A stretch of DNA of 64,000 nucleotides, taken from NCBI RefSeq assembly GCF_003334765.1, contig NZ_QOWT01000014.1, one strand, 5' to 3'. Positions 22,309-36,420 of the stretch are shown here, one piece after another (the stretch's first letter is position 1; every line of letters starts with the position of its first letter). A program made the position numbers and the translations under genes. The notes under the pieces were generated by a model that was not told the DNA's origin, made no database searches, and saw only the letters and a program-made list of their open reading frames with translations. The DNA comes from Escherichia coli (GTDB lineage: Bacteria; Pseudomonadota; Gammaproteobacteria; Enterobacterales; Enterobacteriaceae).

Positions 22309-22629
22309 TTAAGCGGTTTGCGCCAGGTGAGCTTCAATTTTGCTCATAATGGCGTCAGCACGTTTTACTGCATCGCTGATGTTGACGCGCACGATGGTCT
22401 TGCCAGCAAAACGCTCTTCAAACTTGATGCCGATATCTTTGGTCAGAATCACCATATCAGCGCTCGCCACATCTTCCGCAGTCAGTTCATTTTCCAGACC
22501 AATTGACCCCTGGGTTTCTACTTTCACTTCCCAGCCTTTCGCTTTCGCGGCACTTTCCAGCGCCTCTGCTGCCATATAGGTATGGGCAACACCTGAAGGA
22601 CATGCGGTTACTGCAATAATTTTCGTCAT
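22309..22629 (-). CDS. frwB: PTS fructose-like EIIB component 1
   Basis: 106 aa ORF with MTKIIAVTACPSGVAHTYMAAE (IIB-Fru-type phospho-Cys motif). Confidence 0.9.
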   Translation of the reverse strand: MTKIIAVTACPSGVAHTYMAAEALESAAKAKGWEVKVETQGSIGLENELTAEDVASADMVILTKDIGIKFEERFAGKTIVRVNISDAVKRADAIMSKIEAHLAQTA

Positions 22630-22643
22630 GGCTCGTTCCTCAA

Positions 22644-23723
22644 TTAATTAATTTCAAAATCCAAATCCAGGTCGTCTTCTTTTTCATCAGTCGAAGACCC
22701 ATTTTTACGCGCCAGACTTTTCAGCACGTTCACACAAACAGCCGTCACCACTGCTCCGACAGCCACTGCTGCGATATAACCCAGCTTGCCTTCAACCACC
22801 GGCAGCACAATCAGACCACCCCAGCCTGCATAGCACTGCGCACCGACCAGCGCCGCAGTTACTGCACCACAAACTGAACCGACCATGATGGAAGGAATGA
22901 CACGCAGCGGATCGGCAGCGGCGAAAGGAATCGCCCCTTCAGTAACGCCAACACAGCCCATCACCAGTGCCGCTTTGCCGGTTTCGCGCTCTTCTGCGGA
23001 GAAATTTTTACGACCAATCAGCGTCGCCAGCCCCATCCCCAGCGGCGGGATACAAATACCCACGGCAGCGATGGCCACCACGGTATAAACACCCTGAGCA
23101 ACGCAAATCAGCATGAAGGCATAGGCCACTTTGTTAACCGGACCGCCCATATCGAACGCCAGCATCAGACCCATGATCACCGCCAGCATAACAATGCTGC
23201 CCTGCTGCATCCCCTGAAGCCACTGAGTCAGGCTGTTGGTCAACGCCCCTACAGGCTCGCCCAAGCCCCACATCATGATGCCTGCGGTAATCAGTGTGCC
23301 GACGATAGGAATAATGAAGATAGGCATCACCGAGCGCAGAACTTTATGCACCGGAATTTTCTTCAGGTAATGCACCACGATGCCGCCGATAATCCCGGCG
23401 ATCAGTGCACCAAAGAAGCCCGCACCAAAGCTGTTACCAACCCAGGCACCGATAGCGCACGGAGCCAGCGCAGAACGCTCTGCAATGGAATAACCGATGT
23501 ACGCTGCGAGGAAAGGCACCATCAGCGTCAAGCCCGCAACGCCGATATCAAACAGTTTTTTCAGATTTGGATCGGCTACGGCATCCGGCACTGCGCCTTT
23601 GCCATACAACATGACGGAAACCGCCAGCAAAATACCGCCCGATACCACGAAGGGAATCATGTGTGAAACGCCCGTCATTAAATGCTGACGGGTATTTTTC
23701 AGGATCTGCACCAACTCATTCAT
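22644..23723 (-). CDS. frwC: PTS fructose-like EIIC permease
   Basis: 359 aa polytopic membrane ORF; EIIC-Fru family glycine-rich loops. Confidence 0.9.
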   Translation of the reverse strand: MNELVQILKNTRQHLMTGVSHMIPFVVSGGILLAVSVMLYGKGAVPDAVADPNLKKLFDIGVAGLTLMVPFLAAYIGYSIAERSALAPCAIGAWVGNSFGAGFFGALIAGIIGGIVVHYLKKIPVHKVLRSVMPIFIIPIVGTLITAGIMMWGLGEPVGALTNSLTQWLQGMQQGSIVMLAVIMGLMLAFDMGGPVNKVAYAFMLICVAQGVYTVVAIAAVGICIPPLGMGLATLIGRKNFSAEERETGKAALVMGCVGVTEGAIPFAAADPLRVIPSIMVGSVCGAVTAALVGAQCYAGWGGLIVLPVVEGKLGYIAAVAVGAVVTAVCVNVLKSLARKNGSSTDEKEDDLDLDFEIN

Positions 23724-24031
23724 AAGCTGCTCCCGGGCTTGCGAAAGCCCATGTCCATATTTTTGATGGAGGAAACAATAGGCAATCGCAGGCGGAGCAA
23801 ACAGTGGATAAAAAGGCCATTTACTGGACTTTTGTAATATCAGTACAAAAATGCGATCCGCCTCATAACTTGCGATAAACCGGAAGCATGCCGCAAAACA
23901 GCGTCTTGTGAGACGCGTCGCAAATTGACGGTTACATTACATTTGTCCAGCTTTTGGCAGATTTGTCACATGGCAGGCCGTTGCCGTGCGCTCTTATCCT
24001 GTAAACAGAAAACCGTACCGGGAGAGAGGCA

Positions 24032-26533
24032 ATGGCCCTGATTGTGGAATTTATTTGTGAGCTACCTAACGGCGTACATGCGCGTCCGGCAAGCCACGTT
24101 GAAACGCTGTGTAATACTTTTTCATCACAAATTGAGTGGCATAACCTGCGCACTGACCGCAAGGGCAACGCCAAAAGCGCCCTTGCGCTGATTGGCACCG
24201 ATACGCTGGCGGGCGATAACTGCCAGTTACTGATTTCCGGGGCCGACGAACAGGAAGCGCACCAGCGTTTAAGCCAATGGCTGCGCGATGAATTCCCCCA
24301 CTGCGATGCGCCGCTGGCGGAAGTTAAATCTGACGAACTGGAACCACTGCCGGTTTCACTGACCAATCTGAATCCGCAAATTATCCGCGCCCGCACCGTG
24401 TGCAGCGGTAGTGCAGGCGGCATTCTGACGCCGATCTCTTCTTTAGATCTCAATGCGCTGGGTAATCTTCCCGCAGCCAAAGGCGTTGACGCCGAGCAAT
24501 CCGCACTGGAAAACGGCCTGACGCTGGTACTGAAAAACATTGAGTTTCGTCTGCTGGATAGCGACGGTGCTACCAGCGCGATTCTGGAAGCTCACCGATC
24601 CCTGGCTGGCGATACTTCCCTGCGCGAACATTTACTGGCAGGCGTCAGCGCCGGATTAAGCTGCGCCGAAGCAATTGTTGCCAGCGCGAATCACTTTTGC
24701 GAAGAGTTTTCCCGTTCCAGCAGCAGCTACCTGCAAGAACGTGCCCTGGACGTACGCGACGTCTGCTTCCAGTTACTCCAGCAAATCTACGGTGAGCAAC
24801 GCTTCCCGGCACCGGGCAAACTGACGCAGCCCGCCATTTGTATGGCTGATGAACTGACCCCCAGCCAGTTCCTCGAACTGGATAAAAATCACCTCAAAGG
24901 ATTGTTGCTCAAAAGCGGCGGCACCACCTCACATACGGTGATCCTTGCCCGTTCGTTCAACATTCCAACGCTGGTTGGTGTGGATATTGATGCCCTTACT
25001 CCGTGGCAGCAACAAACGATTTATATCGACGGCAACGCCGGGGCGATTGTGGTTGAGCCAGGGGAAGCCGTAGCTCGTTATTATCAGCAAGAAGCCCGCG
25101 TACAGGACGCCCTGCGTGAGCAACAGCGTGTCTGGCTGACCCAACAAGCCCGTACCGCTGACGGTATCCGCATTGAAATTGCCGCTAACATCGCTCACTC
25201 CGTGGAAGCGCAGGCCGCATTCGGCAATGGTGCGGAAGGCGTTGGTTTGTTCCGCACTGAAATGCTCTATATGGATCGCACCAGCGCACCGGGCGAAAGC
25301 GAGTTGTACAACATTTTTTGTCAGGCGCTGGAATCCGCCAACGGACGCAGCATTATTGTGCGCACTATGGACATTGGCGGCGACAAACCCGTTGATTATC
25401 TGAACATTCCCGCAGAGGCAAACCCGTTCCTCGGTTATCGCGCCGTGCGTATTTATGAAGAGTACGCGTCGTTGTTTACCACGCAGCTACGGTCGATCCT
25501 CCGCGCCTCCGCTCACGGCAGCCTGAAAATCATGATCCCGATGATCTCCTCAATGGAAGAGATCTTATGGGTGAAAGAAAAACTGGCGGAAGCCAAACAG
25601 CAACTACGTAACGAACACATTCCGTTTGATGAGAAAATCCAGCTCGGCATCATGCTGGAAGTGCCGTCGGTGATGTTCATCATCGATCAATGCTGCGAAG
25701 AGATTGATTTCTTTAGTATTGGTAGTAATGACCTGACGCAGTATCTGCTGGCGGTGGATCGCGATAACGCTAAGGTTACTCGTCACTACAACAGCCTGAA
25801 TCCGGCATTCTTGCGGGCGCTCGATTACGCCGTGCAAGCGGTGCATCGCCAGGGCAAATGGATTGGTCTGTGCGGTGAGCTGGGAGCGAAAGGTTCCGTG
25901 CTGCCGTTGCTGGTCGGCTTAGGGCTGGATGAACTCAGCATGAGCGCACCATCAATTCCGGCGGCGAAAGCTCGGATGGCGCAACTTGATAGCCGTGAGT
26001 GCCGCAAGTTGCTCAACCAGGCAATGGCCTGCCGTACTTCGCTGGAAGTGGAACACCTGCTGGCGCAATTCCGCATGACCCAACAAGACGCACCGCTGGT
26101 CACCGCCGAGTGCATCACACTGGAAAGCGACTGGCGCAGCAAAGAAGAAGTGCTCAAAGGCATGACCGATAACCTGCTGCTGGCGGGCCGCTGCCGCTAT
26201 CCGCGTAAACTGGAAGCCGACTTGTGGGCGCGCGAGGCCGTTTTCTCTACCGGTCTGGGCTTTAGTTTTGCCATTCCACACAGCAAATCAGAACACATTG
26301 AGCAATCCACCATCAGCGTGGCGCGTCTGCAAGCGCCGGTGCGCTGGGGCGATGATGAAGCGCAATTCATCATTATGTTAACCCTGAACAAACACGCTGC
26401 GGGCGATCAGCATATGCGCATTTTCTCGCGCCTCGCTCGCCGCATCATGCACGAAGAATTCCGTAACGCGCTGGTTAACGCCGCCTCTGCCGACGCTATC
26501 GCCAGCCTGCTGCAACATGAACTGGAACTGTAA
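24032..26533 (+). CDS. ptsA: multiphosphoryl transfer protein: HPr-like, Enzyme I-like and EIIA(Fru)-like domains
   Basis: 833 aa ORF: N-terminal HPr-like His motif (NGVHARPA), central PEP-utilising His motif ([13 protein letters not shown]) and EI TIM-barrel motifs, C-terminal EIIA motif (AIPHSKSEH). Confidence 0.9.
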
Positions 26534-26544
26534 AAGGAAACATC

Positions 26545-27207
26545 ATGGAACTGTATCTGGACACCGCTAACGTCGCAGAAGTCGAACGTCTGGCACGCAT
26601 ATTCCCCATTGCCGGGGTGACAACTAACCCGAGCATTATCGCTGCCAGCAAGGAGTCCATATGGGAAGTGCTGCCGCGTCTGCAAAAAGCGATTGGTGAT
26701 GAGGGCATTCTGTTTGCTCAGACCATGAGCCGCGACGCGCAGGGGATGGTGGAAGAAGCGAAGCGCCTGCGCGACGCTATTCCGGGTATTGTGGTGAAAA
26801 TCCCGGTGACTTCCGAAGGTCTGGCAGCAATTAAAATACTGAAAAAAGAGGGTATTACTACACTTGGCACTGCTGTATATAGCGCCGCACAAGGGTTATT
26901 AGCCGCACTGGCAGGGGCAAAATACGTTGCTCCGTATGTTAACCGCGTAGATGCCCAGGGCGGAGACGGCATTCGTACGGTTCAGGAGCTGCAAACGCTG
27001 TTAGAAATGCACGCGCCAGAAAGCATGGTGCTGGCAGCCAGCTTTAAAACGCCGCGTCAGGCGCTGGACTGTTTACTGGCAGGATGTGAATCCATCACCC
27101 TGCCCTTAGATGTAGCGCAACAAATGCTCAACACCCCTGCGGTAGAGTCAGCTATAGAGAAGTTCGAACACGACTGGAATGCCGCATTTGGCACTACTCA
27201 TCTCTAA
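26545..27207 (+). CDS. fsaB: fructose-6-phosphate aldolase 2 (transaldolase-like)
   Basis: 220 aa ORF recognised as FsaB/TalC ([32 protein letters not shown]...). Confidence 0.93.
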
Positions 27208-27217
27208 AGGAGCAATT

Positions 27218-28321
27218 ATGGACCGCATTATTCAATCACCGGGTAAATACATCCAGGGCGCTGATGTGATTAATCGTCTGGGCGAATACCTGAAGCCGCT
27301 GGCAGAACGCTGGTTAGTGGTGGGTGACAAATTTGTTTTAGGTTTTGCTCAATCCACTGTCGAGAAAAGCTTTAAAGATGCTGGACTGGTAGTAGAAATT
27401 GCGCCGTTTGGCGGTGAATGTTCGCAAAATGAGATCGACCGTCTGCGTGGCATCGCGGAGACTGCGCAGTGTGGCGCAATTCTCGGTATCGGTGGCGGAA
27501 AAACCCTCGATACTGCCAAAGCACTGGCACATTTCATGGGTGTTCCGGTAGCGATCGCACCGACTATCGCCTCTACCGATGCACCGTGCAGCGCATTGTC
27601 TGTTATCTACACCGATGAGGGTGAGTTTGACCGCTATCTGCTGTTGCCAAATAACCCGAATATGGTCATTGTCGACACCAAAATCGTCGCTGGCGCACCT
27701 GCACGTCTGTTAGCGGCGGGTATCGGCGATGCGCTGGCAACCTGGTTTGAAGCGCGTGCCTGCTCTCGTAGCGGCGCGACCACCATGGCGGGCGGCAAGT
27801 GCACCCAGGCTGCGCTGGCACTGGCTGAACTGTGCTACAACACCCTGCTGGAAGAAGGCGAAAAAGCGATGCTTGCTGCCGAACAGCATGTAGTGACTCC
27901 GGCGCTGGAGCGCGTGATTGAAGCGAACACCTATTTGAGCGGTGTTGGTTTTGAAAGTGGTGGTCTGGCTGCGGCGCACGCAGTGCATAACGGCCTGACC
28001 GCTATCCCGGACGCGCATCACTATTATCACGGTGAAAAAGTGGCATTCGGTACGCTGACGCAGCTGGTTCTGGAAAATGCGCCGGTGGAGGAAATCGAAA
28101 CCGTAGCTGCCCTTAGCCATGCGGTAGGTTTGCCAATAACTCTCGCTCAACTGGATATTAAAGAAGATGTCCCGGCGAAAATGCGAATTGTGGCAGAAGC
28201 GGCATGTGCAGAAGGTGAAACCATTCACAACATGCCTGGCGGCGCGACGCCAGATCAGGTTTACGCCGCTCTGCTGGTAGCCGACCAGTACGGTCAGCGT
28301 TTCCTGCAAGAGTGGGAATAA
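27218..28321 (+). CDS. gldA: glycerol dehydrogenase
   Basis: Start at [17 protein letters not shown] gives 367 aa; iron-containing alcohol dehydrogenase family. Confidence 0.93.
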
Positions 28322-28366
28322 CCTACTCCAAACTCCCGGCTTGTCCGGGAGTTTGAACGCAAAATT

Positions 28367-28466
28367 GCCTGATGCGCTACGCTTATCAGGCCTACGCAAT
28401 CTCTGCAATATATTGAATTTGCGTGCTTTTGTAGGCCGGATAAGGCGTTCACTCCGCATCCGGCAC
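28367..28466. repeat. RIP-type BIME: two inverted REP palindromes flanking a central AT-rich (IHF-site-like) core
   Basis: GCCTGATGCGCTACGCTTATCAGGCCTAC - GCAATCTCTGCAATATATTGAATTTGCGTGC - TTTTGTAGGCCGGATAAGGCGTTCACTCCGCATCCGGCA. Confidence 0.85.
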
Positions 28467-28595
28467 TCTGTGCCAGTAATCTGAAACTCCCACGTTGTTC
28501 AGGAATTTTTTATCCGCTTCTGGACATTTTCTCTACAGAACAATCGTTAGCCCGGAAGGTCGAATCTGTGACTCTTATTTTCACGGACGAACCAG

Positions 28596-29213
28596 ATGAA
28601 AGCTTCACTGGCGCTGCTCAGCCTGCTAACGGCATTTACCAGCCACTCCTTAAAATCTCCCGCCGTTCCACCAACCGTGGTACAAATCCAGGCCAATACC
28701 AACCTTGCCATCGCAGACGGTGCCAGACAGCAAATTGGCAGCACGCTATTTTACGATCCGGCGTATGTGCAGCTTACTTATCCTGGCGGTGATGTTCCGC
28801 AAGAACGCGGTGTATGTTCCGATGTGGTGATCCGCGCATTGCGCAGCCAGAAGGTCGATTTGCAGAAACTGGTTCACGAAGATATGGCGAAGAATTTTGC
28901 TGAGTACCCGCAAAAATGGAAGTTAAAGCGCCCGGACAGCAACATCGATCACCGTCGGGTGCCTAATCTGGAAACCTGGTTTAGCCGCCATGATAAAACA
29001 CGCCCCACCAGCAAGAACCCCAGTGACTATCAAGCGGGCGATATTGTCTCCTGGCGACTGGATAACGGGCTGGCACATATTGGGGTGGTTTCAGATGGCT
29101 TCGCCCGCGACGGTACGCCGCTGGTGATACATAACATTGGCGCAGGCGCGCAGGAAGAAGATGTGCTGTTTAACTGGCGGATGGTGGGGCATTATCGTTA
29201 TTTTGTTAAATAA
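28596..29213 (+). CDS. yijF: secreted protein of unknown function (DUF1287 family)
   Basis: 205 aa ORF with an N-terminal signal peptide (MKASLALLSLLTAFTSHS); position matches K-12 yijF. Confidence 0.85.
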   Translation: MKASLALLSLLTAFTSHSLKSPAVPPTVVQIQANTNLAIADGARQQIGSTLFYDPAYVQLTYPGGDVPQERGVCSDVVIRALRSQKVDLQKLVHEDMAKNFAEYPQKWKLKRPDSNIDHRRVPNLETWFSRHDKTRPTSKNPSDYQAGDIVSWRLDNGLAHIGVVSDGFARDGTPLVIHNIGAGAQEEDVLFNWRMVGHYRYFVK

Positions 29214-29239
29214 GAGATCGCCCCACATGAAGAAAAAAT

Positions 29240-30145
29240 TCAGATCCTTTTTACACTGACGGCTTCTTTTTTCTTACGGCTCACCAGCGCCAGTGCCAGC
29301 ACAATCAGCACAATACCGCTACCTTCAACGGCCCCCGGATTCTCGCCGAGCAGCCACCAGGAAAAGAGTACGCCGCAAACGGGAACGGCCAGTGTGCTTA
29401 AGCTGGCAATACTGGCAGGCAAGTTTTTCAATACAAACAACCATAAGCTCCACGCCAGTGCCGTCGCCAGAATCGCACTGTAGGCCAGCGCCCAGAACAC
29501 GGTGGGCTGCCAGTCAATTTCACGTTGCGGCACCAGTAAAGCGACCACACTCATCACCAGCGCCGCATACAGCATCTGCCAGGATGTTAACGACAATAAA
29601 TCCACGCGCGGATGACGGGCATACAGACGTTTAGCAACAATCGCGCTCGCCCCCCAACTGACGCCGGAGAGGATTGCCAGCATGGCACTTTTCATCGAAG
29701 AGAAATCGAGTTGCCACGGCTGCAACACCAAAAATAAGCCGAAAGCGGCAATCAGAATCGCGAAATATTGCCCACGTCGCAGGCGTTCACCGAGAAACAA
29801 CGCGGCGAAAATCACCACCCAGAACGGCATGGTATAGCTCAGGATCGCCACCTTCCCCGCACCTCCGCTGACCAACGCCCACTGCGCCAGACCAACCATC
29901 CCGCAGGTTTGTAACAGGGCAATGGCTAAGGTGTATTTAAACGGTGTCGGGCGCATTCCGCGACCACGTAATAAAAGGACGATGAATAAAACGAGAGCGC
30001 CGAAAATGCAGCGTAAGGCGGTAAAGTCGAAGGCACCGATGTAACTGGTGACTTGCTTCATGAAAATCCAGCTATAACTCCAGATAAGTGTGAGCACAAC
30101 CAGGCCACTGATTGCCAGTGGGTTGCTCTTTCCTGCGGCAGACAT
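29240..30145 (-). CDS. yijE: EamA/DMT-family inner-membrane transporter
   Basis: Start at [17 protein letters not shown] gives 301 aa; ten-TM duplicated EamA architecture. Confidence 0.85.
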
Positions 30146-30237
30146 GAGAGATCCAGTGTGTAGTTTTCGTTCGCCCACTATACGCTGGTAAAGAACGTTC
30201 AGCGACTGCCAGCAAGCAGCCGCTGAACGGGGTCAGA

Positions 30238-32472
<2,235 letters not shown>

Positions 32473-32746
32473 TTATAATTGAATTAATCCACGGATGCGA
32501 TAGTTGAGATCTTACATATTGTTGGTTAAAGAGATGTAGATCAAATTGATCTTAATTAAGCTTTTTTGATTATGTCCGAATTCGGACAAATGCTTTATAA
32601 AAAAGGGTTTTAGCTTCATATCCTTCAAGTAATGAGGGAGAAAACAAGGCTGATAACCTTATTTTCCCGCCCTCATTTCGAGGCAGCATTTTGTGCTCTG
32701 TTTAAAATTTGTGATCACTGTGTGATTTTCACAAAAGCCACACTAT

Positions 32747-33640
<894 letters not shown>

Positions 33641-33985
33641 TTACCTCATCAATCGCTTGTAGTTATATGTTGTGTTGTGCACATCTATCCGTTTAGACGT
33701 CCAGATGTAAAGATGAAGGAAAAGCCGAAGGGCGTCAACCGAAAAATGACCAATGATGGTGAGGAAAAATCAGGGAAGATGAAAAAACTTCAGGATGGTA
33801 AGAAAAAGAAAATCCGGTATGCAAAGCAAACCGGACTGCAAATATAAACTAACCATGTACTTATTGCTTCTTGCCGGATTCGTCGTAAACGCTTAATCCG
33901 GCCTAATCCTATGATAATTCAATATATTTCATTAGAAACCATAAACCCGAAAACATGAGTACCGGGCATTATTAAATTTCTGAAA

Positions 33986-36418
33986 TTACAACAACTGTGC
34001 CAGTCGGTTGATATCCGACTGAATCGCCCCGGCGGTGACGTCGCGCCCAGCGCCAGGTCCGCGGATCACCAGAGGGTTATCGCGATACCAGCGGCTTTCG
34101 ATGGCAAAGACGTTATCGCACGGCAGCAGTGATGCCAACGGATGATCTTCACGCACCGCTTCCACGCCTACACGCGCTTTACCGTTGGCATCGAAACGCG
34201 CCACGTAGCGCAGCACCAGCCCCATTTCGCGGGCCGCTTCCAGCCGTTGCACCATCTGCTCGTTCAGTTCATCGCCATTTTCAAAGAAATGGTCGATGCT
34301 GCCGCCTTCGCAATGAGCAGGCACCAGCGATTCCACACGTACCTGATCCGGTTCGATGTTGTAACCTGCTTCACGCGCCAGAATCACCAGCTTGCGCATC
34401 ACGTCTTTGCCAGAGAGATCGTCACGCGGGTCAGGTTCGGTTAAGCCCTGCTGCCACGCCTGATCCACCAGCTCGGTAAACGGCACGCTACCGTCGAATT
34501 GCAGGAACAGCCAGGAGAGCGTGCCGGAGAAGATCCCGCTGATCGACAAAATAGTATCGCCGCTGTCGATCAGATCGCGCACGGTGTGGTTGATCGGCAA
34601 GCCCGCACCGACGGTGGCATTGTACAGCCAGTGACGCCCGGTTTTTTCGAAGGCGTCGTGGATCTGGCGATATTTATTGCTGTCGCTGGCTCCCGCCAGT
34701 TTGTTGGCGCTGATAACGTGGAAACCGTGGCTGGCGAAATCAAGATACTGATCAGCAAGCTGCTGGCTGGCGGTAACGTCCAGCACCACTAAATCATCAT
34801 ACGGATGGGCGCGCATCCACAGGAACAACGACTCTTCATCCTGCTCAACCGCTTCATCGTTGAAGAAGGCTAACGCGCGGCTGGCGTCCAGCCCGTCATA
34901 GCTCAACAGGCTGCGGCGGCTGTCCACCACACCTGCCAGCACAAACTCAAAGCCGGTACGTGCCGAAAGCGTGCTCTGCTCACGGGCGAACAGTTCCAGC
35001 CAACGGGAACCGATATTGCCCTTACCGAACAATACCAGGCCGATGCGTTTTTCTGCGCGGAAGACGGACTGATGCAGCCCCTGAATCAGGCTTTCGGTCG
35101 GGCCGGTGCGCAGTACTGCCACCAGGCTGATGCCGTCATCGGACTGCCAGGTAAATTCGACCGGCTGGCCTTTCAGTTGCTGCCAGAAGCGGTGGCAATG
35201 CAGCGGGTTACGGGTGACGCCTGCACCGACCATCGCCACCAGCGCCAGCCCCTGACGCAGGCGCAGTTCGCCAGGTAATCCCGCTTCGTCGAGGATTTTC
35301 AGCGCACTGTCGGCCACTTCTGAGGTGTAGCAAAATTGCAGCAACTGGCGATCGTTATGTACGCCAACCGCCAGCGGGCGTACCTGCGCGCGTTTCAGGA
35401 TTTGGTCGATCTCTTTATGCGCCAGTTTGAAATCCTGACTGGCGGGCACCTGAAACTCAATCAAACAGACATCATCGTGGCTGGTGACAATACGCGCACC
35501 AGTACCGGAGGCCAGCACGCGTTCAATGCGCGTGGAACCTTGATCCGGCGTGTAGCTACAGCGCAGTTGCAGGTCGATTTCGCTGCCAGAAACCGGCTGT
35601 AAAGTACGGGCGTGAAGAACGGGAGCCGCCAGGCGCGCCAGTTCGCTGGCCTCATCCAGACGCAGCAACGGCAGCAGGCAGGCATCTTTCACTTTACGCG
35701 GGTCGGCACTGTATACCCCGGCGACGTCGCTCCAGATGGTTACGCGAGAAACACCCGCCAGCGCACCGATTTGTGTCGCGGAATAGTCGGAACCGTTACG
35801 CCCCAGCAGCACCGTTTCACCGGCGTTGTTGCGGCTGATAAATCCGGTCACCACCAGACGTTTGCCCGGATGTTGCACCAGCAGCTGTTGCAGCAACGGG
35901 TAAGAAAGCCCTTCATCAACCTGCGGTTGTGCGGCGCGTTCAGCGCGTAAAAACTCGCGGGCATCAAGCCAGGCCGCTGGCAGCCCTTGTTGATTAAGTA
36001 CCGCAGACATCAGACGTGCCGACCATACTTCCCCGTGGCCCACCACTTCCGCATACACTGCGTCGTTAATACCGCTGTCGAGCAGCGCCGCCAGGCGCTC
36101 AAGGTCGCTGACAAAAGCGCTAATGAGGCTATCGGCTTCTTCAGCGGGTAGCAGACCGCTAATCAGATCGCACTGATAGCGACGCAGCGTTTGTTGAACC
36201 TGATGCGCAGAGAGACGATCGGTCTGGCTTAGTTTCAACCAGTTAATCAACTGGTTAGTGGTGCTACCGGCGGCGGAAACCACCATCATATCGTCAGGCT
36301 GAGAGTACTCCGCCATAATGCCCGCGACACGCAAATAACACTTCACATCAGCCAGACTACTGCCACCAAATTTATGCAGCTGACGACCTTTCGCCCCTGC
36401 CTGCGCAATCACACTCAT
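33986..36418 (-). CDS. metL: bifunctional aspartokinase II / homoserine dehydrogenase II
   Basis: 810 aa ORF recognised as MetL; aspartokinase N-domain (KFGGSSLAD) and homoserine dehydrogenase C-domain. Confidence 0.95.
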   Translation of the reverse strand: MSVIAQAGAKGRQLHKFGGSSLADVKCYLRVAGIMAEYSQPDDMMVVSAAGSTTNQLINWLKLSQTDRLSAHQVQQTLRRYQCDLISGLLPAEEADSLISAFVSDLERLAALLDSGINDAVYAEVVGHGEVWSARLMSAVLNQQGLPAAWLDAREFLRAERAAQPQVDEGLSYPLLQQLLVQHPGKRLVVTGFISRNNAGETVLLGRNGSDYSATQIGALAGVSRVTIWSDVAGVYSADPRKVKDACLLPLLRLDEASELARLAAPVLHARTLQPVSGSEIDLQLRCSYTPDQGSTRIERVLASGTGARIVTSHDDVCLIEFQVPASQDFKLAHKEIDQILKRAQVRPLAVGVHNDRQLLQFCYTSEVADSALKILDEAGLPGELRLRQGLALVAMVGAGVTRNPLHCHRFWQQLKGQPVEFTWQSDDGISLVAVLRTGPTESLIQGLHQSVFRAEKRIGLVLFGKGNIGSRWLELFAREQSTLSARTGFEFVLAGVVDSRRSLLSYDGLDASRALAFFNDEAVEQDEESLFLWMRAHPYDDLVVLDVTASQQLADQYLDFASHGFHVISANKLAGASDSNKYRQIHDAFEKTGRHWLYNATVGAGLPINHTVRDLIDSGDTILSISGIFSGTLSWLFLQFDGSVPFTELVDQAWQQGLTEPDPRDDLSGKDVMRKLVILAREAGYNIEPDQVRVESLVPAHCEGGSIDHFFENGDELNEQMVQRLEAAREMGLVLRYVARFDANGKARVGVEAVREDHPLASLLPCDNVFAIESRWYRDNPLVIRGPGAGRDVTAGAIQSDINRLAQLL

Positions 36419-36420
36419 TT

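Noticed and set aside
21698-22312. 204 aa plus-strand ORF
   Set aside because: Antisense to pflD; shadow ORF.
27710-28459. 249 aa minus-strand ORF
   Set aside because: Antisense to gldA and extending into the REP element; no plausible start context.
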